From a virus (Duplodnaviria; Caudoviricetes), in IMG/VR virus record IMGVR_UViG_2645727839_000001, positions 1 to 64,000 of that record: a DNA stretch of 64,000 bases, one strand, 5' to 3'. This document shows positions 30,017 to 39,600 of the stretch, one piece after another. How positions within the stretch are numbered: the stretch's first letter is position 1; every line of letters starts with the position of its first letter. Below the pieces are notes generated by a model. That model saw only the letters and a program-made list of their open reading frames with translations, did no database searches and was not told the DNA's origin. The translations under genes were made by a program, and so were the position numbers.

Positions 30017-30224
30017 GTAAAAAAAATCCCCACGAGTAGTCGGTCGTGGGGATGTTGTGCAACAAAAGTTTCTTTTGTCCATAGATCGTTTAAATGAATA
30101 TATCTCAACACAAAGGTTAAGTCACTAGTGACTTTTGTATTTTCTTGGCATCATAAGCTTGTTTGTTCATTGAAACATATTTAGCATCGATCAATAATCG
30201 ACCATCGATCGGCGGGAGAAATAC

Positions 30225-30821
30225 ATGAAGAGATATAATAACCACTGTCGAGATGATGGATTATCTAAAAAACTAGCCCCAGAGTCGTGGAAAGCGGCAG
30301 ATGGAAAGCGATATAAACAGTGGAAAGCATCACTTGGAGAACCAAGTGAATTTGAAGAAAGAACCTACCCTGAATGGATAGAGATGTTCGAGCAGCTAGA
30401 GAGCCTATTTTATCTCGAGCAATTCACAGGTCGTCTATTTCACGAAGTCATGCTCGATTTAGAGATGGTTCAGCCAGTTAGAACTTTGGCTCTTGCCGCA
30501 AGACACGTTCAGGCGAACGTTATGATTGACGAGCTAAACAAACGCTGCGACCTAGTGACGGAATTACAAGGCAAGCTTAGAGCGTTGGGAGTTGGTTCTA
30601 TATCGGTTGGTTACATTGCTGACAATTCAATACCGGACAAGCAAATAGATAAGGCTAATAAGATTATCGAACAGCTTAAGAGCGGTGAGATTCAACCTAG
30701 AAAAACGGGTAAGCATGGGTACATGTCGATTCAGGTAGGGAATAAATATCGACTGTTGAACAAAGGCGACGGCTACGAGCTGTTAAGCCACGAATGCTAT
30801 AACCGAGTTATCGACGAATAA
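30225..30821 (+). CDS. Hypothetical protein with C-terminal ParE-like domain
   Basis: SIQVGNKYRLL..YELLSHECYN pattern. Confidence 0.55.
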   Translation: MKRYNNHCRDDGLSKKLAPESWKAADGKRYKQWKASLGEPSEFEERTYPEWIEMFEQLESLFYLEQFTGRLFHEVMLDLEMVQPVRTLALAARHVQANVMIDELNKRCDLVTELQGKLRALGVGSISVGYIADNSIPDKQIDKANKIIEQLKSGEIQPRKTGKHGYMSIQVGNKYRLLNKGDGYELLSHECYNRVIDE

Positions 30822-30950
30822 AATAAAGGGCAGAAACTCTGCCCTCTTTATCGCTTTTAGCCATGCATTTATGCCTTTCTAAATCATACCCTGTCATTTT
30901 CCTTATAGCCATCCCATAATGTCCCAATTTGTACTCAAGGGACTCCATCA

Positions 30951-31433
30951 GTGAAATTAAGCCTAATCGCAGCCATGACTCGAGATAGAGTTATTGGCAA
31001 AGACAACGAAATGCCGTGGCATCTTCCTGCAGACTTCAAATGGTTCAAGCAATGCACTATGGGTAAACCAATCATCATGGGCCGAAAGACTTATGAATCG
31101 ATTGGACGTCCATTGCCAGGGCGAACCAACATCGTTGTTAGTCGTGACCCAGAACTTAAAATCGAGAACGTGAAAACATTCACTAGTATTGATGATGCGA
31201 TTCGCTCTGTAAGCGAAGCAGAAGAGATTCTAATCATCGGGGGAGACTCTATCTATACTCAGACACTCAAACGAGCAGACCGACTCTATGTGACGATTAT
31301 AGATACTGGCTTAGAGGGAGATGCTTTCTTTCCGGATTACGATTTGAAGGATTGGAACATCACTCATCGCGAGATGCACTATGCAGATGACAAGAACGCC
31401 TACGATATGAAGTTTCTTATTCTGGACAAATAA
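30951..31433 (+). CDS. folA: Dihydrofolate reductase (FolA/DfrA family)
   Basis: VIG..N.MPWHLPADF, MGRKTYESIGRPLPGR.N, GG, GDAFFP. Confidence 0.93.
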   Translation: MKLSLIAAMTRDRVIGKDNEMPWHLPADFKWFKQCTMGKPIIMGRKTYESIGRPLPGRTNIVVSRDPELKIENVKTFTSIDDAIRSVSEAEEILIIGGDSIYTQTLKRADRLYVTIIDTGLEGDAFFPDYDLKDWNITHREMHYADDKNAYDMKFLILDK

Positions 31434-31472
31434 AAAAGCCCACCGTTTGGTGGGCTTGCTTATTGAGTTAGA

Positions 31473-31982
31473 TTAGCAGCGAGATTTCTCCAAGTTGAAT
31501 TTCAACTCACCAATCTCTTCTTGCTGTGGAGAGTTACCAACAAACAGGAAGCACTTAGTTGCAATAACCTCTTCGTCTGATGACTTCTCATCGCCAAAGT
31601 GGAAAGCAGTGCCCTTAAGAACGTGGTTAACACCATCTTCACTAATTACGTGATGATCGATATTGCTCATAGCTAGGTCTGTATTCATAGCGGCTTTTAG
31701 GTTCTCAACATCATTGGTGCTGATATTGCCATAGTGAACGTTAATCTCTTGGCCACCAGCCTCAATCACAGCCTTCTCGCTTTTCTCTTTGCCTTCGATA
31801 GCTGCCTTGCCATAGACAATGCCGTTTGCACTCTGCACTGCCCCTTTGACACCACTTAGTACTGACTCCCGAGCATCGCTCTGTAGATTAAGGAATCGCG
31901 GAGCTGCGGTAACAGCGAGAATGCCTAAACAGACAATAACGACCACTAATTCAATTAGCGTAAAGCCATTTTGCTTTTTCAT
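31473..31982 (-). CDS. Type IV pilin, MshA-like
   Basis: Prepilin [32 protein letters not shown]; C-terminal Cys pair. Confidence 0.85.
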   Translation of the reverse strand: MKKQNGFTLIELVVVIVCLGILAVTAAPRFLNLQSDARESVLSGVKGAVQSANGIVYGKAAIEGKEKSEKAVIEAGGQEINVHYGNISTNDVENLKAAMNTDLAMSNIDHHVISEDGVNHVLKGTAFHFGDEKSSDEEVIATKCFLFVGNSPQQEEIGELKFNLEKSRC

Positions 31983-31986
31983 CTTG

Positions 31987-32310
31987 TTACTTACCTACGT
32001 TGCCATATAGATGGATTGTTACGATACCTAACACAATCAGAAGCATCCCTAAAAGTGTCGCGTTGTTCGGAGCAAATCCTCGATAGATACTGACCATAGC
32101 TAACAAGACAATTCCCCCACCTGCCCATATTGCGTAAGTGATAGGAATCGGCAGTACTTTTGCTGTCATGGATAACAAGTACAGTGCTGCCATATAGAGC
32201 ACTCCAACCCAAAGGGTTGGAAATAGCTTTGTGAATCCCTTAGTTACAGGAATCAAAGTTGCGGCGCAAACCTCAAGAATGATGCCTAATATCAAATAAA
32301 ACCAGTGCAT
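31987..32310 (-). CDS. SMR family efflux protein (EmrE/QacE-like)
   Basis: 4 TM, conserved Glu in TM1, GFTKL.P, YAIWAG. Confidence 0.85.
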   Translation of the reverse strand: MHWFYLILGIILEVCAATLIPVTKGFTKLFPTLWVGVLYMAALYLLSMTAKVLPIPITYAIWAGGGIVLLAMVSIYRGFAPNNATLLGMLLIVLGIVTIHLYGNVGK

Positions 32311-32327
32311 AAATTACCTCTGAAAAG

Positions 32328-32654
32328 TTAAAAAACAATCACTAATACAACAACAATTGCTAATACAGCGGCAGCACCCAACAAGAACCCCCATTGGAGG
32401 AAAAAGTGACTGTCGATTAGCTTGTCTAGCTGAGATTGAATTTGAGAAGCCTCTTTGATGGCCTCAAGCTTTTCTCGGTACAACTCGCAGTTTAACTGAC
32501 GAGCTTTTTCTTTCTGCTCTTCGGGTAAACCGGCTGGATTTGAAATGTAGTTGTACGTGTACTTCTCAATTGCCATATGTGCAGATTCCTCCGCTTCAAT
32601 GCGACTTTTATTCAAGGTACGGTACAACCAAAGGACTTGAATGAAGTTCCTCAT
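32328..32654 (-). CDS. Hypothetical protein with C-terminal TM
   Basis: CACAAAGAG leader; C-terminal hydrophobic helix. Confidence 0.65.
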   Translation of the reverse strand: MRNFIQVLWLYRTLNKSRIEAEESAHMAIEKYTYNYISNPAGLPEEQKEKARQLNCELYREKLEAIKEASQIQSQLDKLIDSHFFLQWGFLLGAAAVLAIVVVLVIVF

Positions 32655-32879
32655 AGTTGTTCTCTTTGTGTAGTGTTAGTGAGCTTATATTGTGCAGTGT
32701 TTGACTAGGCATTACTAGTATAAGAAGTGGGGTTTTAGGGGGTATTCCGTAGGTATAAGGAAAGCGATTTTTTTATAGGCTGGGACTGGAACCTTCCGGG
32801 TCGAAGCATCAAGCCCGTATATGGGGAAATGACAAAAGCTAAATGAGGGGAGCTATCAACTCCCCTTGTTACTTAGTTG

Positions 32880-33548
32880 TTAAGCGCGTTCAATATCGGT
32901 TTCGTCTAGCTCAATTTCTGCACTCTCTGGAAGCTTGCTGATTAGAGCGGTTTTAGCTAGTAGGTCTTTAGTTACTACGTGATCAAGGTCTAGAGTGTAG
33001 AATGATTCTCTAGAGATCTTCTCTTCACTCATTGCACCTAAGCAGTTCATTGCATGGAAGCAATTACGTGTCCACGTTCTCGCGCTCTCTGGTGTGTAGT
33101 TCGTTTTTGTTGTCTGACTAATACACTTGCGCACAATAGCGGTTTGAATATCGCGAGCTGACACCGTAGCGCGTTTGGTGAAGCATTCGAAGAACACAAA
33201 GAAGCATTCACGCTGGACAGCTTTATCACCTACGATGTTTTGAACAAAGGCTAATAGCGTATCGAATGCGTAGATTGAGCTAGTAGATAGAACCGCGCTC
33301 TCATGGTCTTTGCAGTGTTTGAAGACGTACTTTTGAGCCTCTTTGCTGCACTTCTCAAACTTAGTTAAACGCTTCTTACGAGCTGCCGCGTTGTGTACGT
33401 TATCACGTAGCTTCTTAAGAGCTTCTTTGTGTTGTTCTGTTTCTTGCGCTTGTTCGTTGTGTGCAATGATATCGTTAAGCTTAGCGTTGCGCTCTTCAAC
33501 TGCTGTAGATACTGATTTAAGCGATAGTTTGATAGTTGCGTTAGTCAT
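32880..33548 (-). CDS. Hypothetical protein, GG/CC-depleted gene
   Basis: Start reassigned to MTNATIK; own promoter-like sequence and terminator. Confidence 0.7.
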   Translation of the reverse strand: MTNATIKLSLKSVSTAVEERNAKLNDIIAHNEQAQETEQHKEALKKLRDNVHNAAARKKRLTKFEKCSKEAQKYVFKHCKDHESAVLSTSSIYAFDTLLAFVQNIVGDKAVQRECFFVFFECFTKRATVSARDIQTAIVRKCISQTTKTNYTPESARTWTRNCFHAMNCLGAMSEEKISRESFYTLDLDHVVTKDLLAKTALISKLPESAEIELDETDIERA

Positions 33549-34113
33549 AATAGTTACTCTCTTAATAAGTGTATGTAATGCGCTTAATGCGCTTGTTTGT
33601 CGTTGTCGTGTTGACGAGATGAATAATAGCAAATCCTGCGACTTCGTAAAGTAAAAAATCATAAAAAACTTAACTTTTATTAAAGTATTTACGAGGTGCT
33701 TTGGAAGTGACTGTTTCCGCAAGGAAAGAAAGTGGAGCGAGGGAGAAAAAAGACCTAGATAAAAAGGACTAAACCTTTGACCTGACGTTACCTTAGATTT
33801 CCACGATTGGTATCAAACGGTCTAAAAGCTAAAGCCATCTAAAGAGATTCCCATGGTACTCATGCCCTCCACCACGGCATTCAGACGTTCCCAAGCTCAT
33901 TTCAGTGGTAATTGCCCCTATACGGTTTTGCTCCCGTACCCAAAATCGGGAAAGAATTGGGTTTTGAAGTCCCACGGTAGAACAACCAAGGCATGACCGG
34001 AGCTGGTGGAGGAAGTTCCAAGGTTAAGAGAGTCCCTTGGTTGCGGCACTGAAAGTCCCATGGTGTTTAGTTCAGATACAAAAAAGCCTCTCTAGTGTTG
34101 AGAGGCTTTATGT

Positions 34114-34200
34114 TTAGAAGAAGTAAGCTAGTACAAGACCAGCGACGACAGCGAGTGCCATTACAACGAACTCGCTATTTTTTCTAATAGCGTTAGCCAT
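34114..34200 (-). CDS. Putative 28-aa hydrophobic peptide
   Basis: MANAIRKNSEFVVMALAVVAGLVLAYFF followed by terminator hairpin. Confidence 0.4.
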   Translation of the reverse strand: MANAIRKNSEFVVMALAVVAGLVLAYFF

Positions 34201-34355
34201 TTTGCTTCTTTTCCCCATACGTTAAACACCTTTGCTACTGCGTAGACCCAGAATGTGGTCTTGAGCGCAATTGCGATACTCTCAAGCTTAAGCTTGGTAG
34301 TTTCCCATTTGAGCTTCTTTGCGTTAGCGGCTCTTTCTTTGTGCACCAATGACAC
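34161..34355 (-). CDS. Small basic hypothetical protein
   Basis: GTG start after GAGG RBS. Confidence 0.4.
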   Translation of the reverse strand: MSLVHKERAANAKKLKWETTKLKLESIAIALKTTFWVYAVAKVFNVWGKEAKWLTLLEKIASSL

Positions 34356-34530
34356 TGTATACCTCTTAATGTATATCAGAGTTCTTATACTAGCAACGCG
34401 AGTCAGGGCAATCGGGTCGGTAGTCAGCACCTCATCAATAGTGCCTTGATGTAGTTCCCATGGTATTTGCATCAGATATTAAAAGGCTACCGCTTGGGTA
34501 GCCTGATAGCCAGAGACCGTTAGACCGTGA

Positions 34531-34851
34531 CTAGTGAACCTCTTTACGTTTGGAGTACTTACGCTTTTTAGGTTTGGTGATTTCAATCATCTTCTTGAGG
34601 GTTTCTTCAACTGGTTCGTCGAACTCGGTTCTGAGGACATATAGCCAGTCTCTAGTTAGTTTGGCTTTAGCTTCTTTGGCGTCTTGTCTTTCTTTGGCGG
34701 AGGGGATGAATTCTTGGAGTACGTCTGCCAGTTCTAGCAAGGCGTTGTCGGGTAGTTGTTTTAGCATGGCTCGGGTTCTTCGCTGCCCCTGCCCTAATAC
34801 CTCAGCTATATGGTCAGAAGGTGATTTCTGCTTGAAGGTGTAGTGATCCAT
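34531..34851 (-). CDS. Truncated H-NS-like protein (putative)
   Basis: IAEVL..RRTRAMLKQLP..LLELADVL resembles the H-NS oligomerisation domain; basic tail. Confidence 0.45.
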   Translation of the reverse strand: MDHYTFKQKSPSDHIAEVLGQGQRRTRAMLKQLPDNALLELADVLQEFIPSAKERQDAKEAKAKLTRDWLYVLRTEFDEPVEETLKKMIEITKPKKRKYSKRKEVH

Positions 34852-34894
34852 AGTGTTTCTCTTTGTGTGGTGTAAACCTATCCGTGTGTGCTTT

Positions 34895-34962
34895 AAAAAA
34901 ATAGGGGCCGCTAAGCCCCGCACACACAAAGAGATCGGAGCGTGTCGCTCGTCTCAATTCAT
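34895..34962 (-). ncRNA. Candidate sRNA-1 with anti-leader seed
   Basis: Promoter 34969-34991, 5' hairpin, exposed UUUGUGUGUG, GGGGC/GCCCC terminator with U-tract. Confidence 0.55.
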
Positions 34963-36040
34963 GTTCTTATATTAACAGCGTTACTCAGGTAATTAAAGTC
35001 ACCACTGACTAAGTGCCTTGGTGATGCCGGATAAGGCGGAGAAAGCCCCATGGTGTTTGTACGAAACAGGCACTCTACCTATACGGATTTCGCCCCTTTC
35101 TCCGGTTTTCAGGATAAACCACTTTCTCCATCGAGGTGGCGCGATATTTTCTACCTTGGCCAGAAGAGGTAAACCTATTAACCGTGGTTGATTATTCTGG
35201 TGTGCCGCTGACCGATACTGGTCTTCCTATAAGAATTTTCTACGATTTGTTGACACTGGAGCTTAAAAGACCACGATAACTAACACTTTTCCCCCAAATT
35301 CTCCCTATTCTCCCCTTATCTATTACTACATACCTTACTACTACTCTTACCTACTCTATCTCTATAGTTACTACCTAATATCTACTTACTATATCTATAC
35401 CGGAGAGTATTGTTCTTCTTTCTATCCGCAGGTTAAGAGCGAGGTAAAGTGACAATTCATTTTAAGGTTTTTCTCTACTGGTAAACTTTACTTTCAATAT
35501 AGACCTTTATTGTACTTTGCTTATACAAGCCGGAGTTATTGAATTTCTCTGTAAGCCTTGTTGTGTATGGGTTTGTTTGAGTTTTTAGGACAGTTAAACA
35601 ATTTACTTTTTTCTTCTACGGTTTGAGTACATTTGCCTTACTCTTGTTTAGTAGGTTTGAAGAGTATTAGCCATGTTTAGCCAGACCATAAAAGACCGTT
35701 TATCTTGTTTTCTTTTTCTCTCACTGGTGTGATTTTGATTTGAGTTGTTTAGGGTTGGATTGGGGTTAGTTCCGGTTGATTAGCTTTGTTATTAGTTACC
35801 GTGTCACATAGCAGTCACGCCACCAGCTTCTCTTTCTCTCTACTGTTTGAGTACAAATACTGAATCAAGGGAGTAATGTTTCTGTCGCTCTGTTGTCTTC
35901 TGAGAGTCTTGGGGTTGTCTTTTTGATGTCTACAGTCAGCTTTTGATTGAAAAGCTCTTAGAATTGATTTGAGAGAGTGATTTAGATATGAAAAAGGGCT
36001 AACTTTCGTTAACCCTTGTTATTGGTTTTATCTACTGTAA

Positions 36041-36559
36041 TTAGAACGTGTAACCCAAGTAAGCTGCGAAACCAACGCCCTCTGCTATCTCTGTTGAGAA
36101 GCGAGCCGTTAAACCAAATGAGCTTGTGTATTGAATACCGGTACCCAAACTTAGCTGAGAGCTAGTTCCTTCTGAATTGCATGGAATCAACCAACCACAT
36201 GTGTAGCCATCGAACAGAGTTACCGAGTCTTTCTTACTGCCAATCCCTACCCTACCGAACAGGTCCCATTGTTTGTTTAACGGGAACATACCTGTTGGTG
36301 CAATGTAAGTGTGGCTCTGTTCATACTTAAAAGCCCAAGTTTCAGTCTTTAGCTTTTTGTAGCCTACCTCTAGTGCAAAGTAGGGATTGAAGCGGTAGCC
36401 CATGAAAACATCTGTACCAACTGAATCGAGTTCAGGTGATGAAGTGCTTAGTTCTATCATACCGCCGCCCATAACATAAATGTCACCTGCTCTTACTGGT
36501 GATGGTGCTGCGATTGCTGATGTGGCAATAAGTGTTAGAGCCAATATTGTCTTTTTCAT
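36041..36559 (-). CDS. Outer membrane beta-barrel (OmpA-like 8-stranded)
   Basis: Signal peptide, GYRFNPYFALEVGY, C-terminal YLGYTF. Confidence 0.85.
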   Translation of the reverse strand: MKKTILALTLIATSAIAAPSPVRAGDIYVMGGGMIELSTSSPELDSVGTDVFMGYRFNPYFALEVGYKKLKTETWAFKYEQSHTYIAPTGMFPLNKQWDLFGRVGIGSKKDSVTLFDGYTCGWLIPCNSEGTSSQLSLGTGIQYTSSFGLTARFSTEIAEGVGFAAYLGYTF

Positions 36560-36612
36560 GGTGTTCTCTTTGTGTTTGTCTTGTTGACGAGATAGATAAT
36601 AAGGAACGGGAA

Positions 36613-36645
36613 AAGGCTATTCACTCGAGGTTGAGTGAATAGCCT
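36613..36645 (-). terminator. Intrinsic terminator after the giant lipoprotein gene
   Basis: AGGCTATTCACTC/GAGTGAATAGCCT stem with T-tract on the minus strand. Confidence 0.75.
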
Positions 36646-36664
36646 GAACGTTAGTGGTTATCGA

Positions 36665-39600
36665 TTAAGATTGTGATGGGTATGCTTCTTTAAAAAGCTC
36701 ATGCATGTTGGAGAATAGTTTCGCATCTCCGAACTTACCTTTCTGAAAACCCTTAGTCTTAGCATCGAAGCCAATTGAATACTTGGTATTCAAGATTGCT
36801 TGATTAGGCTCTTTAGATATCTCAAGCAAGTTCATAGGCGTCCACGCATGAGGGACTTTGGTGTACTCATCTACAAAGTTATTCGATACCATCATGATAT
36901 GGCCACCGACTCGAGCTGCACGTCGAGTTTCGGCAAACAGTGTGCTCGTGTCGTTGTTCCAGAACACAGTGGTATCGATGTTTTCGAATGTAGAGGTTTG
37001 GCTTCCGTCCTCAACAAAAGCGATAAACTTAGGAGATAACATTTCACCATTGTTTATGCTTTCACTCGAGATCTTGAATGAAGCCCAACCGTAGTTGTAC
37101 CCCGATGGGTTATGAGAGTTACCCATGTAAAACCCAATATCGATTTCTAGAGCGTTAACGCCATCATCATACTGACAGCTAACGTCTATGATATTTGAGC
37201 CATACTTGTCTTCGCATACTTTGTGAATAGAACGATCAGGTAAACCTAAACCTGCTTCTGCTTCTAGCCATAAATTAGGCGCCTCAATACCCACTTCATT
37301 ATCCTCTCGATCTACTGGCTTCTCACCCGGTACAACACCAGAATCAGGATCTAAAGGTTTATCAACCTCTTCACCCGGTGTTCCCGGTTTCGGCACAGTT
37401 ACTTCATCTTCTTTGTTATCTACTTCTTCACCCGGTACCCAACCATTACCATTATCAGGCTCGATAGGATTAATTCCAGACTCTACATCTCCGGTATTAT
37501 CTTCTGGCTTAGTACCGGGCTTCCAGCCATCTCCGTTATCTGGATCGATAGGCTTAATTCCAGACTCTACATCACCAGTGTTATCTTCTGGCTTAGTACC
37601 GGGCTTCCAGCCATTACCACTATCAGGATCGATAGGCTTAATTCCAGACTCTACATCACCAGTGTTATCTTCTGGCTTAGTACCGGGCTTCCAGCCATCT
37701 CCGTTATCTGGATTGATAATTTCATCGCTAGGCTTACTAGGTGGATTAATCGGCGTCTCTCCGTCAGGAGTACTTGGTCGACCCGGAACGGCATGATCTG
37801 GATTGTTAGGGTCAGTCATGTCTTCACCCGGTATACCCGGAGCAACCTCGACGCTGTTATCTTCCTTATCTGAACCATCTACCCAACCGTCACCGTTATC
37901 AGGTTCTATTGGTTTGATTCCCGGCTCATAAGGAATATCAGGTTCACCTTGACCCGGTTTACTTGGTCGCCATCCGTTGCCATTATCTGGGTCAGTCATG
38001 TCAGTCCCATCTTCCGGCTTGGGTGTAAACTCAAAATCAGGGTCAATAGGTTCTACTAGACCAAAATCTTTATCACCGATAAAAATTGAGTCATCTTCTT
38101 TATCAGTACCCGGAACCCAACCGTCACCATTAGTGCTATCGTCTGGTGTTAAACCCGGAGCCCAGGGGATATCTGGATCACCACCATTCGGTTTGCCAGG
38201 CACCCAACCATTGCCATTGTCAGGTTCTATTGGCTTAGTACCCGGAGCCCAGGGAAGATCAGGTTCGCCTCCATTTGGCTTGCCGGGAATCCAACCATTA
38301 CCGTTATCTGGATTAGTCATATCTTCACCCGGAGCTACATCACCAGTATTATCTTCTGGTTTAGTTCCCGGTTTCCAACCATTACCGTTATCTGGATTAG
38401 TCATATCTTCACCCGGAGCTACATCACCAGTATTATCTTCTGGTTTAGTTCCCGGTTTCCATCCATTGCCGTTGTCTGGGTCAATTGGTTTAATACCAGA
38501 CTCTACATCTCCGGTGTTGTCTTCTGGTTTAGTACCGGGTTTCCACCCATTACCATTGTCAGGATTGATTGGCTTAGTACCGGGTTTAACATCACCAGTA
38601 TTGTCTTCTGGTTTAGTACCCGGCATCCACCCATTACCATTGTCAGGATTGATTACATCGGTTCCATCTTCTGGCTTAGGTGTAAACTCGAAGTCACTAT
38701 CTAAGTCAATATCACCCACGTAAACCCAATTTAAGTAGTCGTTCTCAACCGTAACAATGTAACCACCGTTGTAGTAAGACTTCGTACCGTCTTCGTTCTC
38801 GATCACTTTGAAAGTAAAGTGATGGTTGTTAACCGTGTGAACGTTAACTTCACCTCTTAAGCCGTTACCGAACGTAGCAATAGAAGTTTTCTTATAGAAG
38901 ACTCTACCTGCCTCTACACGAAGGTCTGGTTTAAAATCAGTACCAATGTCTAAGAACGGTGGGATTGGATTAACAGTTGGTGGAGTGATGTTAAAATCAC
39001 CGTCTAGCTCAGCATCACCTACATAAACCCAATTCAGTAGCCCGTCATCTTCTACTGAAATCATAAACCCACCGTTGTAGTAAGCTGTTTCGCCATTGCC
39101 TAATTCGACAATTCGGAATACAAGCTTTTCACCACCACGAAGACGTAAAGTTACCTCGTTTTTATGAGACAAACCTACATGAGCAATAGAAGTCTTCTTG
39201 TAGTAAAGCTGCCCCTGCTCTAGATAAATCTCTGGATTGAAATCTACACCGATGTCTAAGAACGGTGGAAGAGGGTTTTCTATTGGTGGCATGATCTCGT
39301 AGTCGCTATCACCATTCCAGTTACCTTCTTCACCTACTTCCCAATCTGGGTTTGTATCAGGTGGTGTAATTGGCTTTGTTCCGTTGTCAGGACGCTCAAT
39401 GCCTACTTCAACATCATTATCAGGTGTCGTAGTAGGTGCATCAGGAACCCATCCATTACCATTGTCAGGTTCAGTTGGTTTAGTACCCGGTTCTACTAAG
39501 CTAGGCATATCCAAATCAAGATCGCCTACATAGTTCCAATCAACCTTACCGTTCTCATCAACAGTAACTTTGTAGCCGCCATTGTAGTAAGACTTAGAGC

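Noticed and set aside
26409-32654. Integron cassette array
   Set aside because: No recognisable attC/VCR or intI; genes are in mixed orientation with their own promoters and terminators
37430-38650. Periodic repeats as a CRISPR array
   Set aside because: In-frame 84-bp coding repeats without unique spacers; no cas genes
37413-38723. + strand ORFs of 127 and 248 aa
   Set aside because: Antisense shadows of the repeat lipoprotein; the same applies to most short opposite-strand ORFs in the track
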